Assembly: GCA_030390025.1 (NCBI GenBank)
Contig: CM059432.1
Coordinates: forward strand, 101,744,001 to 101,808,000
DNA length: 64,000 nucleotides
DNA from: Squalus acanthias
Lineage: Eukaryota
Direction: 5' to 3'
Shown piece by piece: positions 39,263-52,000 of this stretch. The position numbers were made by a program, and so were the translations under genes. The notes beneath the pieces were generated by a model, which saw only the letters and a list, made by a program, of their open reading frames with translations, was not told the origin of the DNA and searched no databases. Within the stretch, counting starts at the first letter, position 1, and each line of letters begins with the position of its first letter.

Positions 39263-40259
39263 ATGAGAGGCATTGGAGCACAGATCTAGCAAATTTAAAC
39301 TCAACAGAGCCTAAAAGAGCGATACCTCACTATAGATAAATAATACCTTACGTAAAAGGATGGATGTTCCAGAAGAGCTAAATTAAAAGGGGCATGAATG
39401 ACTGGGCACGAGAGAGAAAAGTAGAAAACTGACATAAGCTGACATCACTTATACACATTTTACAGAGCAGCAGCGAAGACCAATTTTGCTGGCTGAAATA
39501 TTCAAATTGTGCATAATTCCAGAGATTAATCATGTTCCATGGAGGCCAACTGCCTTAAAGTGAAACTTGGGGAACCTGGGGAAATCAAAAGAAGGCATCT
39601 GAATGGAAAGTCAGATTGGGTTATAAAGACGAAAACTACTTAAGTAACTCGAAACCATCCAATTAATCAAGCTTCATTTCTCAACTAAGTCATTGGTGAG
39701 CAGTCTCAGCAGTGATGATACATGACACTGGAGTCTATCTCAACAGATCTCTTGCCATTTGAACTACAAAAGTAAATTTGATGTCAAAAGCAAACTTCTA
39801 TTCTGTATTTGTAAAAAATGTTGCCAAACACCAGCTACCTGGCAAAAATAAAACACTGTGCATTTAGCTGGAAAAGAGATTATGTGTACCAGCTACTTTC
39901 CTTGATAAAAGCCCTTGGATGCTGGATTTGATTCAAAGCATTAGCATACCATTGTTCTTTTGTTTTTGTGCTACTAGAATATTGGGCAATCACACATTCA
40001 AAAATGCTCACAAAAGGAAAATCTGCTTCATGGTCATTCATATAACATTGTACATCCAAGTCACATCAGCCTCACTGCAATAAACAACAGCTTTCTGTTA
40101 GCAGAAGAAAAGCTGCTGTTATATCTATTCACTTTTACACTGCAAGCTCAAATTACATCCACTCACTTTTTTCATACTGTACGGTTTTGAAAGTGCAAAT
40201 TATCATGAAGATTTTATAAACAAAATTGTTTACCGAATGAAAGAAGTGGGTGATATTTT

Positions 40260-40630
40260 TACATAGGATTACAGAGGATATACAGCACAGAAAGAGGCCA
40301 TTTGGCCCAACCAGTCCATGCCGGCGTTTATGCTCCACTCGAGCCTCCTCCCGTCTTTCCTCATCTAAATCTATCAGTATAATCCTCTATTCCCTTCTCC
40401 CTCATAGGCTGGTCTAGTTTCCCCTTAAATGCATCTATACTATTCGCTTCAACCACTCCCTGTGGTAGCGAGTTCCACATTCTCACCACTCTCTGGGTAA
40501 AGAAGTTTCTTCTGAATTCCCTATTAGATTTCTTGGTGACTATCTTATATTGATGGCCTCTAGTTATGCTCTTCCCCACAAGTGAAAACATTCTCTCTCT
40601 ATCCACTCTATCAAAACCTTTTATAATTGA
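40260..40630 (-). mobile_element. CR1 3' fragment
   Basis: KGFDRVDRERMF...FFTQRVVRMWNSLP on minus strand. Confidence 0.9.
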
Positions 40631-41446
40631 ACATTTTTTATCCAAATAACATTTATCTGGTAGTGTAGTAATGTTTTGGATTTTTTCTTTGGAGTCTAAA
40701 TGCTTAATTTTCTCCTTTCTTTTATTAGTTTTATATTAAAAAGTAATAGATATCAAAAATATTGTATCCAGCAATTAAAATCTAGCTGAGGAAAAAAATA
40801 CAGTTAATTATAATACAGGATGCATTCATATTAATTGGTTTATTAACCATTGGGTATCTTTGAAAAAGTTATGTAGTTTTGCAAGACATTAGAACACAAT
40901 TTGTGATCTTCCAGAAATCTAGTCTGTTTAATTTCTCCTCTCAACTATGTCTTAATTGAATCAAGTGGTGAAACTTGAGATTCTCTGCCTGCTTCTCACC
41001 ATGGAATAAAGGTTTATTGATTTTTTTCTCTCTGAAATGCCATGATTGGCAGCTGTGTCTCTTCATGCAAAACCCCAGGTACTATTTTGATTTTTTAAAT
41101 TGTCCACAAGGATAGTGGAAGAATATATCAAATAATTAAATGTTGACACGTTTATGATCAAAACTGCCAGAAATGTCACCAGTGTAACACTTGTCTTTTA
41201 AAGCATGAAGCCCTTCCAAGAATCTGTTATCAGAGAAGAATTAATTGACATGAAAAGCTATGGTGCATTTCAAATGGACTAAAGTTGTAAATAGTCATTC
41301 ACCAGAATAACATCAACCCACTTTTGTTCTGTTAATAATCTCTGCCCAGAATATCTCACACTTCAGCAACCCAAAAAGAAATGTTATTTATTTTACCAAG
41401 TTGCTCAAAATCCATGATATATACATCTCGAAACATGGAAAACACA

Positions 41447-44400
41447 GGCCGGAAATTTACCGGCGCTCAGAGTGCGAGTTTGAAGGCGGGTCCGCTGTCA
41501 AAATCACAAAGATTAACAGCGGGTCGGTATCCCGCTGTAAACCTGCCTCCTTGTCAGTTTCCCAAGTGTCGGGTCTGTCATCCCTGAACAGACCCGACAC
41601 CAAGCGGCGGGTCAGCTAATTTAGATAGTTAAAAGCTTATTAAAAGGTAGTTAAGAACCATTTTCCCATGTACTTACTATTTTACCAGGTTTTCAACGAG
41701 GTTTCCGGAGAGCGGGTATCACGTCAGGTAAGTATGTCGTGTTCTGAATGATGTGGATTGCTATGAATAGTTGATAGCTGCAAAAGTGGTATAAAACCTA
41801 CCATTTCACAGTTGTTCACTTCCCAATCTTAAAAGCTGGAGCATTAATGATTTGGAACCCACTTTTGAGCATTATGCACTTTTGAAGTGTTTGGAGTAAT
41901 CTCTCTATCCACTGTCACCTCCTTGGAACAACCTATCTCAACATTGACAGATTACTTCTGCCAACTCAATCTCACCTGCCATCTATTCCATCAGCATCGG
42001 CGCCCTTGAAAAGATCTCACCTTGGTCCTCAGAATCCCAACACAATCAGCCCCAACACCAGCATCACCGGGCACACCAGCAGCACTAACAACTGTAAAAT
42101 TCGCAAATTATCACGATTTCGAAATAACGAGAAAGAGAGATACAGATTCGTTAAAACAGTTTTATTTTCAGCGAAATACTGTCATGTTTCAAAACGGACA
42201 CAAGAAGCCTGTAAAATGGCTGCCGCGCCTCGCGGCAGAAGTTTCTAGACTTTTCAGTAGGCAGACAAGATGGCTTTTCAATAAACATTTCAGCAAGATC
42301 GGATAATACTCAGCATACATTGGTATAAGGCAGGACGCGATCGATTTGCATTTGCAAGAAATATAAGTGCTGGAAGCGTTTTCCAGGCACAGGCAAGAGA
42401 CTATTGTACTGGGCAATCAGAGGCCCATCCAAAGACATTAATACGCAAATTCCCCGCAGCTCTACAATGAGAGAGCCATTTGCGGGTACTTACACAAATA
42501 TTTCGGAGGCCCCCAAAACCCCGCCAGGGAGGCTCCTAGCCAGTTCCACAATGGGAGACACATTAACGGGTGTTTGGCCAGTTACAAGTATCACTGAAAC
42601 TCATTACAAACAAGAATCACCCCATACAAGAAGTTTGAGCACCAAAATATTACAAAAGATGAACATTAAGATTGGGCGAGAGATAAGGAATTACAGTACT
42701 ATAACTGTAGTGAACAAACGTCCATCTTTCTCTTGACTCTCTGATTCCTGACGACTCTCATCGCTTATGCTCTTGCCGTCCATCGAGCTGGTATTCTCCA
42801 GGCTCTCGTTCCGCTGATCCTTTCTGGAGTCGACCTCGTGGCTTGCCGCTAAGATCTGTGAAGAGCTGGACTGTGAAGGCCGATAAGCGGGTGCACCATC
42901 CCGAGGGTCGGTAAACGGTGTTTTGGACTCGAAGGCCCGACGAAACAAGACAGGACAAGAAGAAGAAGAAGACGACTACACGTGCCGCCGCGGTCAGTAA
43001 ACCCCGACCGCGCCCGAAAATATATTGACCATTTTTGAACTCGATAGGTTACTGCACGAACTGGCCCAAGAAGACTTTTCTTCGAATTCTATCGACAACC
43101 GGTGTCGGCACAGGAAGACTCTTCTTTGAATTTTATCAGGAGTCCGAGGTCAACACAGATCTTCATGACAGCAGACATTCTAGCCTGCTAGCCGGAGCAG
43201 AGCAAGTAAACAAGTGGGGTACAGAGACCCCTGGTCAACACGTGGATAGTCAGGTGCTGCGGCGAAAGCAGCCGAGTACCGTTGTAGAATTCTCCGAGGT
43301 GTCATGAGTGGTGAGCATGTTTCTCGATCCTACAGATCTAGATTAGAGCAGGCATTGATAGGGGAGGGTGGTTTTTAATAAGGATAATTATAATGTGTGT
43401 CCCCTTTTACGATGTGTCGTGCGCTCCTCGTTTCCCTAAACCTAGTTTTATAAATGTATGTAAGCTTGTACTGTCATTAATCTGTGCTTATGACATGTAT
43501 TTCGTAATTTTGAACAATATGCAATAAAGATTTCCATTTCGTACTATTCAACCGGGTCTACCTGAGTTTTCTCTGCATTACTGCTCTCGCACCTAAGTCC
43601 AGTGTCAGAACCGTAAGGGCGAGTGGGTCGAACAACTCACAGGTGTTTAGTGCTACAAGGCTGGCTGGAGACCAGAACAGGCAATAAGGCCTAACCCCGC
43701 ACAAGCACCTAGAAGCACAGCACGAGCAGACCCCTTACACAACAACACCAGCCTTCTCCGCAATCAACTGATGCTGTACTGGACACAGGGCATCATCACC
43801 CGTGCACATTGCTGCCCGGGACGCCACCAACGACCTCACCATGTCCAGATTTGCTTCACTTAACACTGTACACCCTGGCTGCCACATGATGCACCAGGTT
43901 GGCACCACCCCACACCAGCACCATAAAGAATCCCTACAATGTCCAAGCCATATCTTTCACACTCATCACCATTGTGGGGTGGGGGGGAATGTTAAGTCTC
44001 ACCATTCACTGGAACTCATAAAGACACTTCCAAAGATGCCCACAAATCTGTCCAAGAAGGCAAAGTGGTGACAATAAGGATTTCAATGCTTGACAACACA
44101 TTAACAGAAAGTTTACATGAACATTGGCTAAAACACCCAATGCCTACCCTTGTGTGTTGTTAGTTGGCATGATTGGACTAGGATGAGGGTGAATGTGAGG
44201 GGTGGCTAGTGAGATAGAGAAGTGAAAATATAGATAGACAGGGATGGGTGGAGGTGCAAAGTAAGTTGGTGTGAGTAAGGATGTGCAGGAGTAGGGTAGG
44301 GAAGGCAGAGTGATGGGGATGTGCTGAGTGGCACAGCAGGATGAGGTTGAGTGTGGCTTTGCAGTAACGTTTCGTGATCTACTGTGATCAGTGAAAGGTT

Positions 44401-44961
44401 TGCGCCAATGCAGCCCCAGCCTGGTCCTCCTGACAACACCCTGCTTGTGTCCTCCTGTGCAATGTGCAACCAGGCTACGTTGGTGTCATGGGGTGGTCTC
44501 TTCCGCACATTGGAAGGGAAGAGAACCTCTCTGCGTGTTGTGACTCCCTCCATAAGCATATGGAGGGAGTCATGTGAGAGCCTGGGTGCAGCCGTGCACT
44601 TTTACAGTACCTCAATGCTGCAGAACACTGATAGTACAACTGTCAAAATGAATGTGGACATGGACCCTTTTAGGAAACCGGCTGATGAGGCGTCATCAGA
44701 TGACGTCATCAGACCCACGTCCTTTTAATTGGCCGGGAACCTCGCAGGGCAGGCTTAACAAGCCCAATCAACAGAAAATCATGTTGGAGGCCGGGATCGA
44801 GACAGATGTGGGGTCCCCACATGCCATGGACGTCGCCCACCACGGACCCACCGAGGTTGGAAAAATCACTTGGAGGAGGCGGGATGAGGACCGGAGCGGG
44901 GCTTGAGGCCGCTCCATATTCCAGCCGCACCGGACTCGCTACAGCTGGCGAAATCGTGGCC
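41447..44961 (-). mobile_element. Non-autonomous Harbinger derivative, copy 4, interrupted by a solo LTR
   Basis: Collinear with copies 1-3 on both sides of 42093-43739; ends GGCCGGAAATTT / GAAATCGTGGCC. Confidence 0.88.
42093..43739 (+). mobile_element. Solo LTR, 1647 bp
   Basis: TGTAA...TTACA inverted termini, 4-bp TSD CAAC (42089-92, 43740-43), absent from sister copies of the host element, AATAAA at 43523. Confidence 0.88.
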
Positions 44962-47511
44962 GCACTCTCTAAGGTAGAGAAACGATTGATTCTCAATGCA
45001 TTTTAACTTGCACTCTTAAGTAGAATATAAATAACATAAATTATCAATTTCTTATTTTCCGAAGTTTAGCCACATAAAATGGTCTCATTTTTTCTGCCGT
45101 TTCCTCTCTGGTTATGACTAGAATTAGACATAATTTAAGACAACAGACAGTGATAAAAAAATGTAGTACGCTATTAATTTTGCTCATTTCCATGCATTGG
45201 TGCTCAGCACTAATACTGTACCCTTAAGGATAATGTGGAATAGCTGAACGGCAGCTCTTGTGTAAATGTGCTGCAGTCATTAAAAATGAAATAAAAAAAC
45301 ATTCCCTGGTACTCATAATATTAGTTGATCCCTTTGGCATTGCTCACATCCAAAATGAAAAAATAAATGGGCTAAAAATTGGATTGCCCCGAAAACGGGT
45401 GCAGGAATCGCGATGCAAGATCAACGTGCGCCCGTTCAAAATGATGCAGGCAGCACGTCAACTTTGTGTTGCCTGCTAATTAGAATGATTGCGGCATGCA
45501 GCTCAGCACTGAATACACTGCTGAGTGGTTGAACGCTCAGCAGGGGGGCCAAGTTCGTGCGAGGCTAGCACCAATTAAAGCTAGCCTGCTCTTCTTAAAG
45601 GCAGCCTGCACCTCTGAAAGCGGAGGTGCATTCTGGCTGCAGAAAGTGATTCAATTGGCTGGGGAACAGTGTGTAATCAGGAAGAAGTACTGATGGCACA
45701 ACAGGGGAGAGAGAGCATGCTCCAAAGTTCTTGGATGCAGCACTGGAGGCCTTGGTACAGGAGGTGGACAGAGGACTGAGGTCCTGTATCTGCAGGGGAC
45801 CAGGAGACCCTCCAGGCAAAATCGGAAAAGGCAATGGGAGCAGATAGGCGTCATGATCAATACCAGCAGTGCTGCAAGAAGTCTAATGACCTCTCACGAG
45901 TCGTCAAGGTCAGTGTATTCATCATCAAATGCCATATCCTTACAACTGAACCGCTAGGCTTACACACTGCTCAATGCACCACACCCTACCCCTTTACTCA
46001 CCTACCAACAATCTCGATCAATCATGACTCATTGCTAACATTCTTAGCTTCAGCTCACCCTCACACACTTAGCACTGCTGCAAGCCTCACGCCCATAGCT
46101 TGCACACACTGCCAGCTATTCAATCATGACAGGCACATCACCCAAACAGATTATATGACACTCAATGACACACTTCCCTCTTTCTTGCAGGAGAAGGTGG
46201 TGCATAACAGGAGGCAGCAGGGGCAAGCTGCAGATGGTGTACTCATGCACCTCCTTCTTTCCAACCCTCTCCTCAACACAACCCCACCCTTGTGCCTTTC
46301 TTCTTTCAGATAGCAAGGAATGCAAGCTGGCCAGGCACTGGTGGAGGAGCAGGAAATGCAAATGGATGGAAGGTGTCGTCAGCAAAGTGATGGAAGGTGT
46401 TGTCAATAGTGCTATCAAGCCCCACTTACTCACCAATAACCTGCTCACCGATGCTCAGTTTGGGTTCCACCAGGACCACTCCGCTCCAAATATCATTACA
46501 GTCTTGGTCCAAGTCTGGACAAAAGAGCTGAATTCCAGAGGTGAGGTGAGAGTGATTGCCCTTGACATCAAGGCAGCATTTGACCAAGTGTGGCATCAAG
46601 GAGCCCTAGTAAAATTGAAGTCAATGGGAATCAAGGGGGAAACTCTCCCCTGGCGAGAGTCATACCTAGCACAAAACAAGATGGTTGTGGTTGTTGGAGG
46701 CCAATCACCACTATCAACATTCTGGGGGTCACCATTGACCAGAAACTTAACTGGATCAGCCCCGTAAATACTGTGGCTACCAGAGAGGTCACAAGCTGGG
46801 TATTTTGCAGTGAGTGTCTCACTTCCTGACTCCCCAAAACCTTTCATAAGAACATAATAATTCGGAGCAGGAGTAGGCCGTATGGCCCTTCGAGCCTGCT
46901 CCGCCATTCAATAAGATCATGGCTGATCTTCGACCTCAACTCCACCTTCCCGCACTATCCCCATATCCCTTGATTCCCCGAGAGTCCAAAAATCTATCTA
47001 TCTCGGCCTTGAATATACTCAATGACTCAGCTTCCACAGCCCTTGCGGGTAGAGAATTCCAAAGATTCACAACCCTCTGAATGAAGAAATTCCTCCTCAT
47101 CTCATTCTTAAATGGCCGACCCCTTATCCTGAGACTATGCCCCCTAGTTCTAGACTCTCCAACATCTACCTTGTCAATCCCCCTCAGAATCTTATATGTT
47201 TCAATGTGATCACCTCTCATTCTTCTAAACTCCAGAGTATAGATGCAATCTCCTCATAGCTCAACCCTCTCATCCCAGGGATAAATCTAATGAACTTTTG
47301 TTGCACCGCCTCTAATGCATGTATGTCCTTTCTCACTTATGGAGACCAAAACTATGCACAGTACTCCAGCCAGGTGTGGTCTCACCAAAGCCCTGTACAA
47401 TTGTAGTAAGACTTCCTTACTCTTGATGTGGAGATGCCGGTGTTGGACTGGGGTGGACAAATGTGAGAAGTCGCACAACACCAGGTTATAGTCCAACAGC
47501 TTTATTTGAAA

Positions 47512-47548
47512 TCACAAGCTTTCGGAGAGCTGCTCCTTCGTCAGGTGA
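47512..47548 (-). ncRNA. Minimal type I hammerhead ribozyme motif
   Basis: Minus strand TCAC-CTGACGA-A-GGAG(cagct)CTCC-GAAA-GCTT-GTGA. Confidence 0.78.
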
Positions 47549-47859
47549 AGTAAAGAGATGCATATCGGAACAGCATATATAGTCAGAGAACACTGCCAGA
47601 TGATTACAGTTAATCTTTCTAACTGCCCTGTATCACACCTCGGCAGAGAGATAATCACGGCAATCAAAGGTGTGGATGGTGTCCAAACAGGTCAGTCAGG
47701 AAAACATTACATCAAAGACAATGAGGTGGGGTCATGCTGGGGTCTGTATGGAAAACAAAAAACTTTTTTTGCTGCAAATCACAGCAGGTCCGGCCGCATC
47801 TGTGTAGAGAGAACAAGCCAACGACGACTCGAGTCTGGATGACTCTACGTCAGGTGGGG

Positions 47860-48039
47860 TTACATGTAACGTGACATGAACCCAAGATCCCGGTTGAGGC
47901 CGTCCTCATGGGTGCGGAACTTGGCTATCAGTTTCTGCTCGACGATTTTGCGTTGTCGTGTGTCTCGAAGGTTGCCTTGGAGAACGCTTACCCGAAGATC
48001 GGAGGCTGAATATCCTTGACTGCTGAAGTGTTCCCCGAC
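47860..48039 (-). pseudogene. Penelope GIY-YIG endonuclease C-terminal remnant (59 aa, no internal stop)
   Basis: Manual translation VGEHFSSQGYSASDLRVSVLQGNLRDTRQRKIVEQKLIAKFRTHEDGLNRDLGFMSRYM*; HF...E..LI..F.T...GLNRD.G motif. Confidence 0.85.
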
Positions 48040-48053
48040 TGCATCGCTTCACT

Positions 48054-48090
48054 TCACCTGACGAAGGAGCAGCGCTCCGAAAGCTTGTGA
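48054..48090 (+). ncRNA. Minimal type I hammerhead ribozyme motif
   Basis: TCAC-CTGACGA-A-GGAGC(agc)GCTCC-GAAA-GCTT-GTGA: core boxes, stem II, stem I TCAC/GTGA, palindromic AGCT stem III. Confidence 0.82.
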
Positions 48091-49039
48091 TTTCAAATAA
48101 AGCTGTTGGACTATAACCTGGTGTTGTGCGACTTCTCACATTTGTCCTTACTCTTGTACTCCAACCCCCTTGCAATAAAGGCCAACATGCCATTTGCCTT
48201 CCTAATTGCTTGCTGTACCACTAACTTTCGGTGTTTCCACCATCTACAAGGCACAAGTCAGGAGTATGATGGAATACTCGCCACTTGCCTGGATGAGTGC
48301 AGCTCCAACAACACTCAAGAAGCTCGATACTATTCCAGGACAAAGCGGCCCGCTTGACTGGCACCCCATCCACCACCTTAAACATTCACTCCCTCCACCA
48401 GCTGCAGGTCAAGGGGGATACAAACTACTGCACCATGTCTGGGAGCAACTAGTCTGAGCAGACCCCTTGCAGGTCAAAACCAAGTCCTTGAGCACGTGCC
48501 ACACCACTCCTTATAGACTTTGGGCAACTTTAAAGAAGTCTAGAACTCACCAAACCCTTCAACAAATGCAGAAGCAGCTAGTAGAAATCAATCAACAACT
48601 AACCTGTAAGTAGCTCCTTTAAATAGCTCTGCTGGGACGGGTCCTTCCTGCTGTTAAACGTTTGCTCAGCTGTGCGAGATTAAGAGTGGGCGTTAGCTCC
48701 AGCGTTGAGGACAAGAATGGCAGCGCTGGTGTCAAATCAGCATTACACGCTGTGTGACGTCACGATCTGTGTACTCTGCATACTTACAGCGCATGCACCC
48801 AGCGCCAACGCTAATGCTCTCACCAAAGTGGCGTGCGGCGCAGCCTGCACCAGAAGTGTGCGCATGCTGCTCGGTTGCCATTTTCAAACCACAACAGCAC
48901 CCGCAGCCCAAACAACAGGCGCTACGCGACCGAATTTTTCATCCATGTGTCTTTTCTCCCATAATTACTTGTCTCACACTCTCTAATTCTTTGTTGTACA
49001 TTTTACATTTTTCTCCGCCGCTTTTGATCTACTTGCATC

Positions 49040-52000
49040 AATTTCGCCATCATCTTTCTGTACTGCTACCGATTCTCATTCTTAAGGCAAAAACCCTCAT
49101 CCTCCAACTCTCTACCTTTCAAATAGCTTCTCGACTTCACTCGCCTGCTACACCTGTCTCTGAATTTGGACAGTGGTTTGTCGATGCCCCATGCCGGCTC
49201 CATCCTACTTACGTCAGCTTTGTCCCTCCATGGCACCTCTGACTTTGACTCTGGTCTCCTTACTACAGTCTCCAACCTATTCCCTGCTACCAGGCAATAT
49301 GTATCCCATTAATTACTACATAACCAGGCCTATGTAACCTGAGTTTCCCCCCCGCCCTCCCCCGAGTCCATTCGCGTGCGCACTTTGGCTGCCGCTCTAG
49401 ATTGAGCCGTTTCATTTCTATTTCCACTTTTTTCTCTCCCCCCCCCCTTTTCCTTTTCTCTCTATCCCTCCATGACCGCTCTCTCCTGTCATCATGCCTC
49501 CTTTCATCTCTCCTCTCTCGGCTACTCTGCCCTCCCAAATCCCTACCCCAATCCTTCATTACTCTTTACCTTCCTACTCTCCTGCCACCGTCCCAGGCTT
49601 GACTCCCTCTTAGATAAGCCCACAGCTTCCCTCTGTGCCTCTCTTGGCATCCTACGAAGGGCCCTATCGAGGCACTCGTCACTGCCGCCTTAAGAGCAGC
49701 AACCCAACTGTCCCGTCCTACTCTCTCGCAGACCTTCCCGCCCAGCGCGCCTGCTGGGGACTAATCTTGCCAATCTCCTCCCCGTCCAACTCACCCCTCC
49801 CAGTGCTGACCCTGTGGATGCTGGCAGTGGATCAGCCATTACCGACCCTCTCTGCATCTCCCTCCAGAATGTCCGTTCACTTGCGAACAAGGCCCTTGCC
49901 ATCCATGAGCTTATTGTGGATGATTGCATCGACATCGTGGCCCTGATGGAAACTTGGCTGAGGGGTGATGCCACCTTACCCTTAAATGAAGTCTCCCCGC
50001 CTGGCTATACCTTCCACCACTTGCCCTGCCCAGACCGCCGTGCTGGCGGTGTGGCTCTTATCACCAAATCATACCTTGGTCTGCCCCCTGCTCCTCTGGC
50101 ACTTTCTCCTCCATTGAGCATCTCACCTAGTTCCACCCCTCCCGCCCCTCATTTAAAATGTTCATTCTCTACCGTCCACCCAAATACCACAAAAATGTTA
50201 TTACTGAAATATCTTTACTACTTTCCTCCCTCAGCCTCTGCACTGAACGACTTTGCACCCTCAGTGATTTCAACCTCCATCTCAATTCATCATGCTCTCT
50301 CTCCTCTGAGGTCACTAGCCTCCTATCCTCCCTTAATCTCTTCTTCCATATAAACTCCCCAACCCATATGCACGGCCAACCCCTCACACTTGCCGTCTCT
50401 CGTGGCCTTACTACTCCCATCATGTCAATCGCAGATAAGGCCATTTCTGACCACTTCCTCGTATCGCTCTCCACCCACATCCCCCTTCCTCCCCCGCTCC
50501 CCCCAACCCTAATTTCATCTGTGTCCACCCCTGGAAATAACTCTCTCTCAACTCTCTTACAACTGTGCTTACAAGATCCCAACTATCCAGCCTTTGGCCC
50601 TCCATTCACCACAGCATTTCTGCAGCTACCGATCTGCTCAACCACCACTTTTGATGCCCTAGTCCCTCTTAAAACAATTACTCTCTCTCACCCTGGCTGT
50701 TCTCCCAGTACAGCCCTCATCTTCGCTCCCTTACGTCCAAGGGATGCAGACTTGAACAGATATGGCAGACAAATTGTTTAGTCATTCACCGCCAGATCTG
50801 GCTGGACCGCATAAAGCATTATCGGGTCCTGCTCTCGTCTGCCAAAATTGCTCACTATTCCAGAATCATTCTGGAATGCAAATATAAACCCCGGCTTCTA
50901 TTCTCCACTGCTGACCGTCAACTTAAACCCCTCTTCCCTGTCTCCTCCACCCTCACCTCTGACAGCAAGTGTGAGGAGCTCATGGACTTCTTTGTCTCTA
51001 TAATCAAGACCATCCGTTCAGCTGCCTCTGCCACTTCCCTTCCTTCCCCCTAGCCCACCGGGCTAAACTTCCTCTAAGTTTCCCCCCTGCCCTAGCCCTG
51101 AACTCACATCTTTCTCCAGTTTCTCTCCGATCTCCCCTCATGACCTCTCTGCGCTCATCTTGTCATGAGACCTACTTCCTGCTCCCTCGACCCTATTCCC
51201 ACTAAATTGCTGACCACCCAACTTCCTTTTCTGGCTCCCATGTTAGCCGACATTGTTAACGGTTCTCTCTCTTCAGGTCCTGTCCCCCTCTCCCTCAAAT
51301 CTGCCGTCATCACCCCTCTCCTCAAAAAAAGCAACCTATAACCCTTCCATCCTTGCAAACTACCGCCCCATCTCCAACATCCTTATCCTCTCTAAAGTCC
51401 TTCAACGTGTTGTTGCCTCCCAAATCTGTACCCATTTTTCCCACAACTCCATGTTTGATTCCCTCCAACCAGGTATCCGCCCCTGCCACAGTACCAAAAT
51501 GGCTCTCAAAGTCACAAATGACATCCTTTGTGACTGTGACAAAGGTAAACTATCCCTCCTCGACCTGACGACACCCAGCTCTACCTCACCACCACTTCTC
51601 TCGTCCCCTCCATGGTCTGTGAATTGTCACCTGCTTGTCCGACATGCAGTACTGGATGAGCAGAAATTTTCTCCATTTAAATATTGGGAAGACCAAAGCC
51701 ATTGTTTCCGGTCCCCACCACAAACTACTTTCCCTAGCCACTGACTCCATCCCTCTCCCTGAGGCTGAACCACACTGTTCGCAACCTTGGTGTCATATTT
51801 GATCCTGAAATGAGTTTGCGACCATATATCCGCAACATAACTGAGACTGCCTATTTCCACCTCCGTAACATCGCCCATCTCCGCCCTTGCCTCAGCTCAT
51901 CCGCTGCTGAAACCCTCATTCATGCCTTTGTTACCTCTAGACTTGACTATTCCAACGCACTCCTGGCTGGCTTCCCACGTTCTACCCTACGTAAACTTGA

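Larger units (their letters stand above)
47426..48144 (-). mobile_element. Penelope-like retroelement, 5'-truncated with inverted terminal arm
   Basis: GIY-YIG C-terminal remnant, inverted arms about 47454-47562 / 48040-48147, TSD TCCTTACTCTTG (47414-25, 48145-56), hammerhead motifs. Confidence 0.9.
46845..48220 (-). mobile_element. CR1 3' fragment, split by a Penelope-like element
   Basis: RGDHIETYKI...WNSLP on minus strand, tail at 46845; KSKEVLLQLYRALVRPHL continues across the insertion. Confidence 0.9.
46365..48400 (+). mobile_element. Second-family non-LTR fragment, split by CR1 46845-48220
   Basis: SKVMEGVVN..QFGF..ALDIKAAFDQVWHQG; resumes at about 48232 as STIYKAQVRSMMEYSPLAW. Confidence 0.82.
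45369..48944 (+). mobile_element. Harbinger remnant hosting nested retroelements
   Basis: TIR-like GGGCTAAAAATT / AATTTTTCATCC; Myb/SANT exon remnant 45692-45908 (PKFLDAALEALVQEV...QWEQI...CKKSNDLSRVVK|GTCAGT), next exon EKVVHNRRQQ at 46191. Confidence 0.72.
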
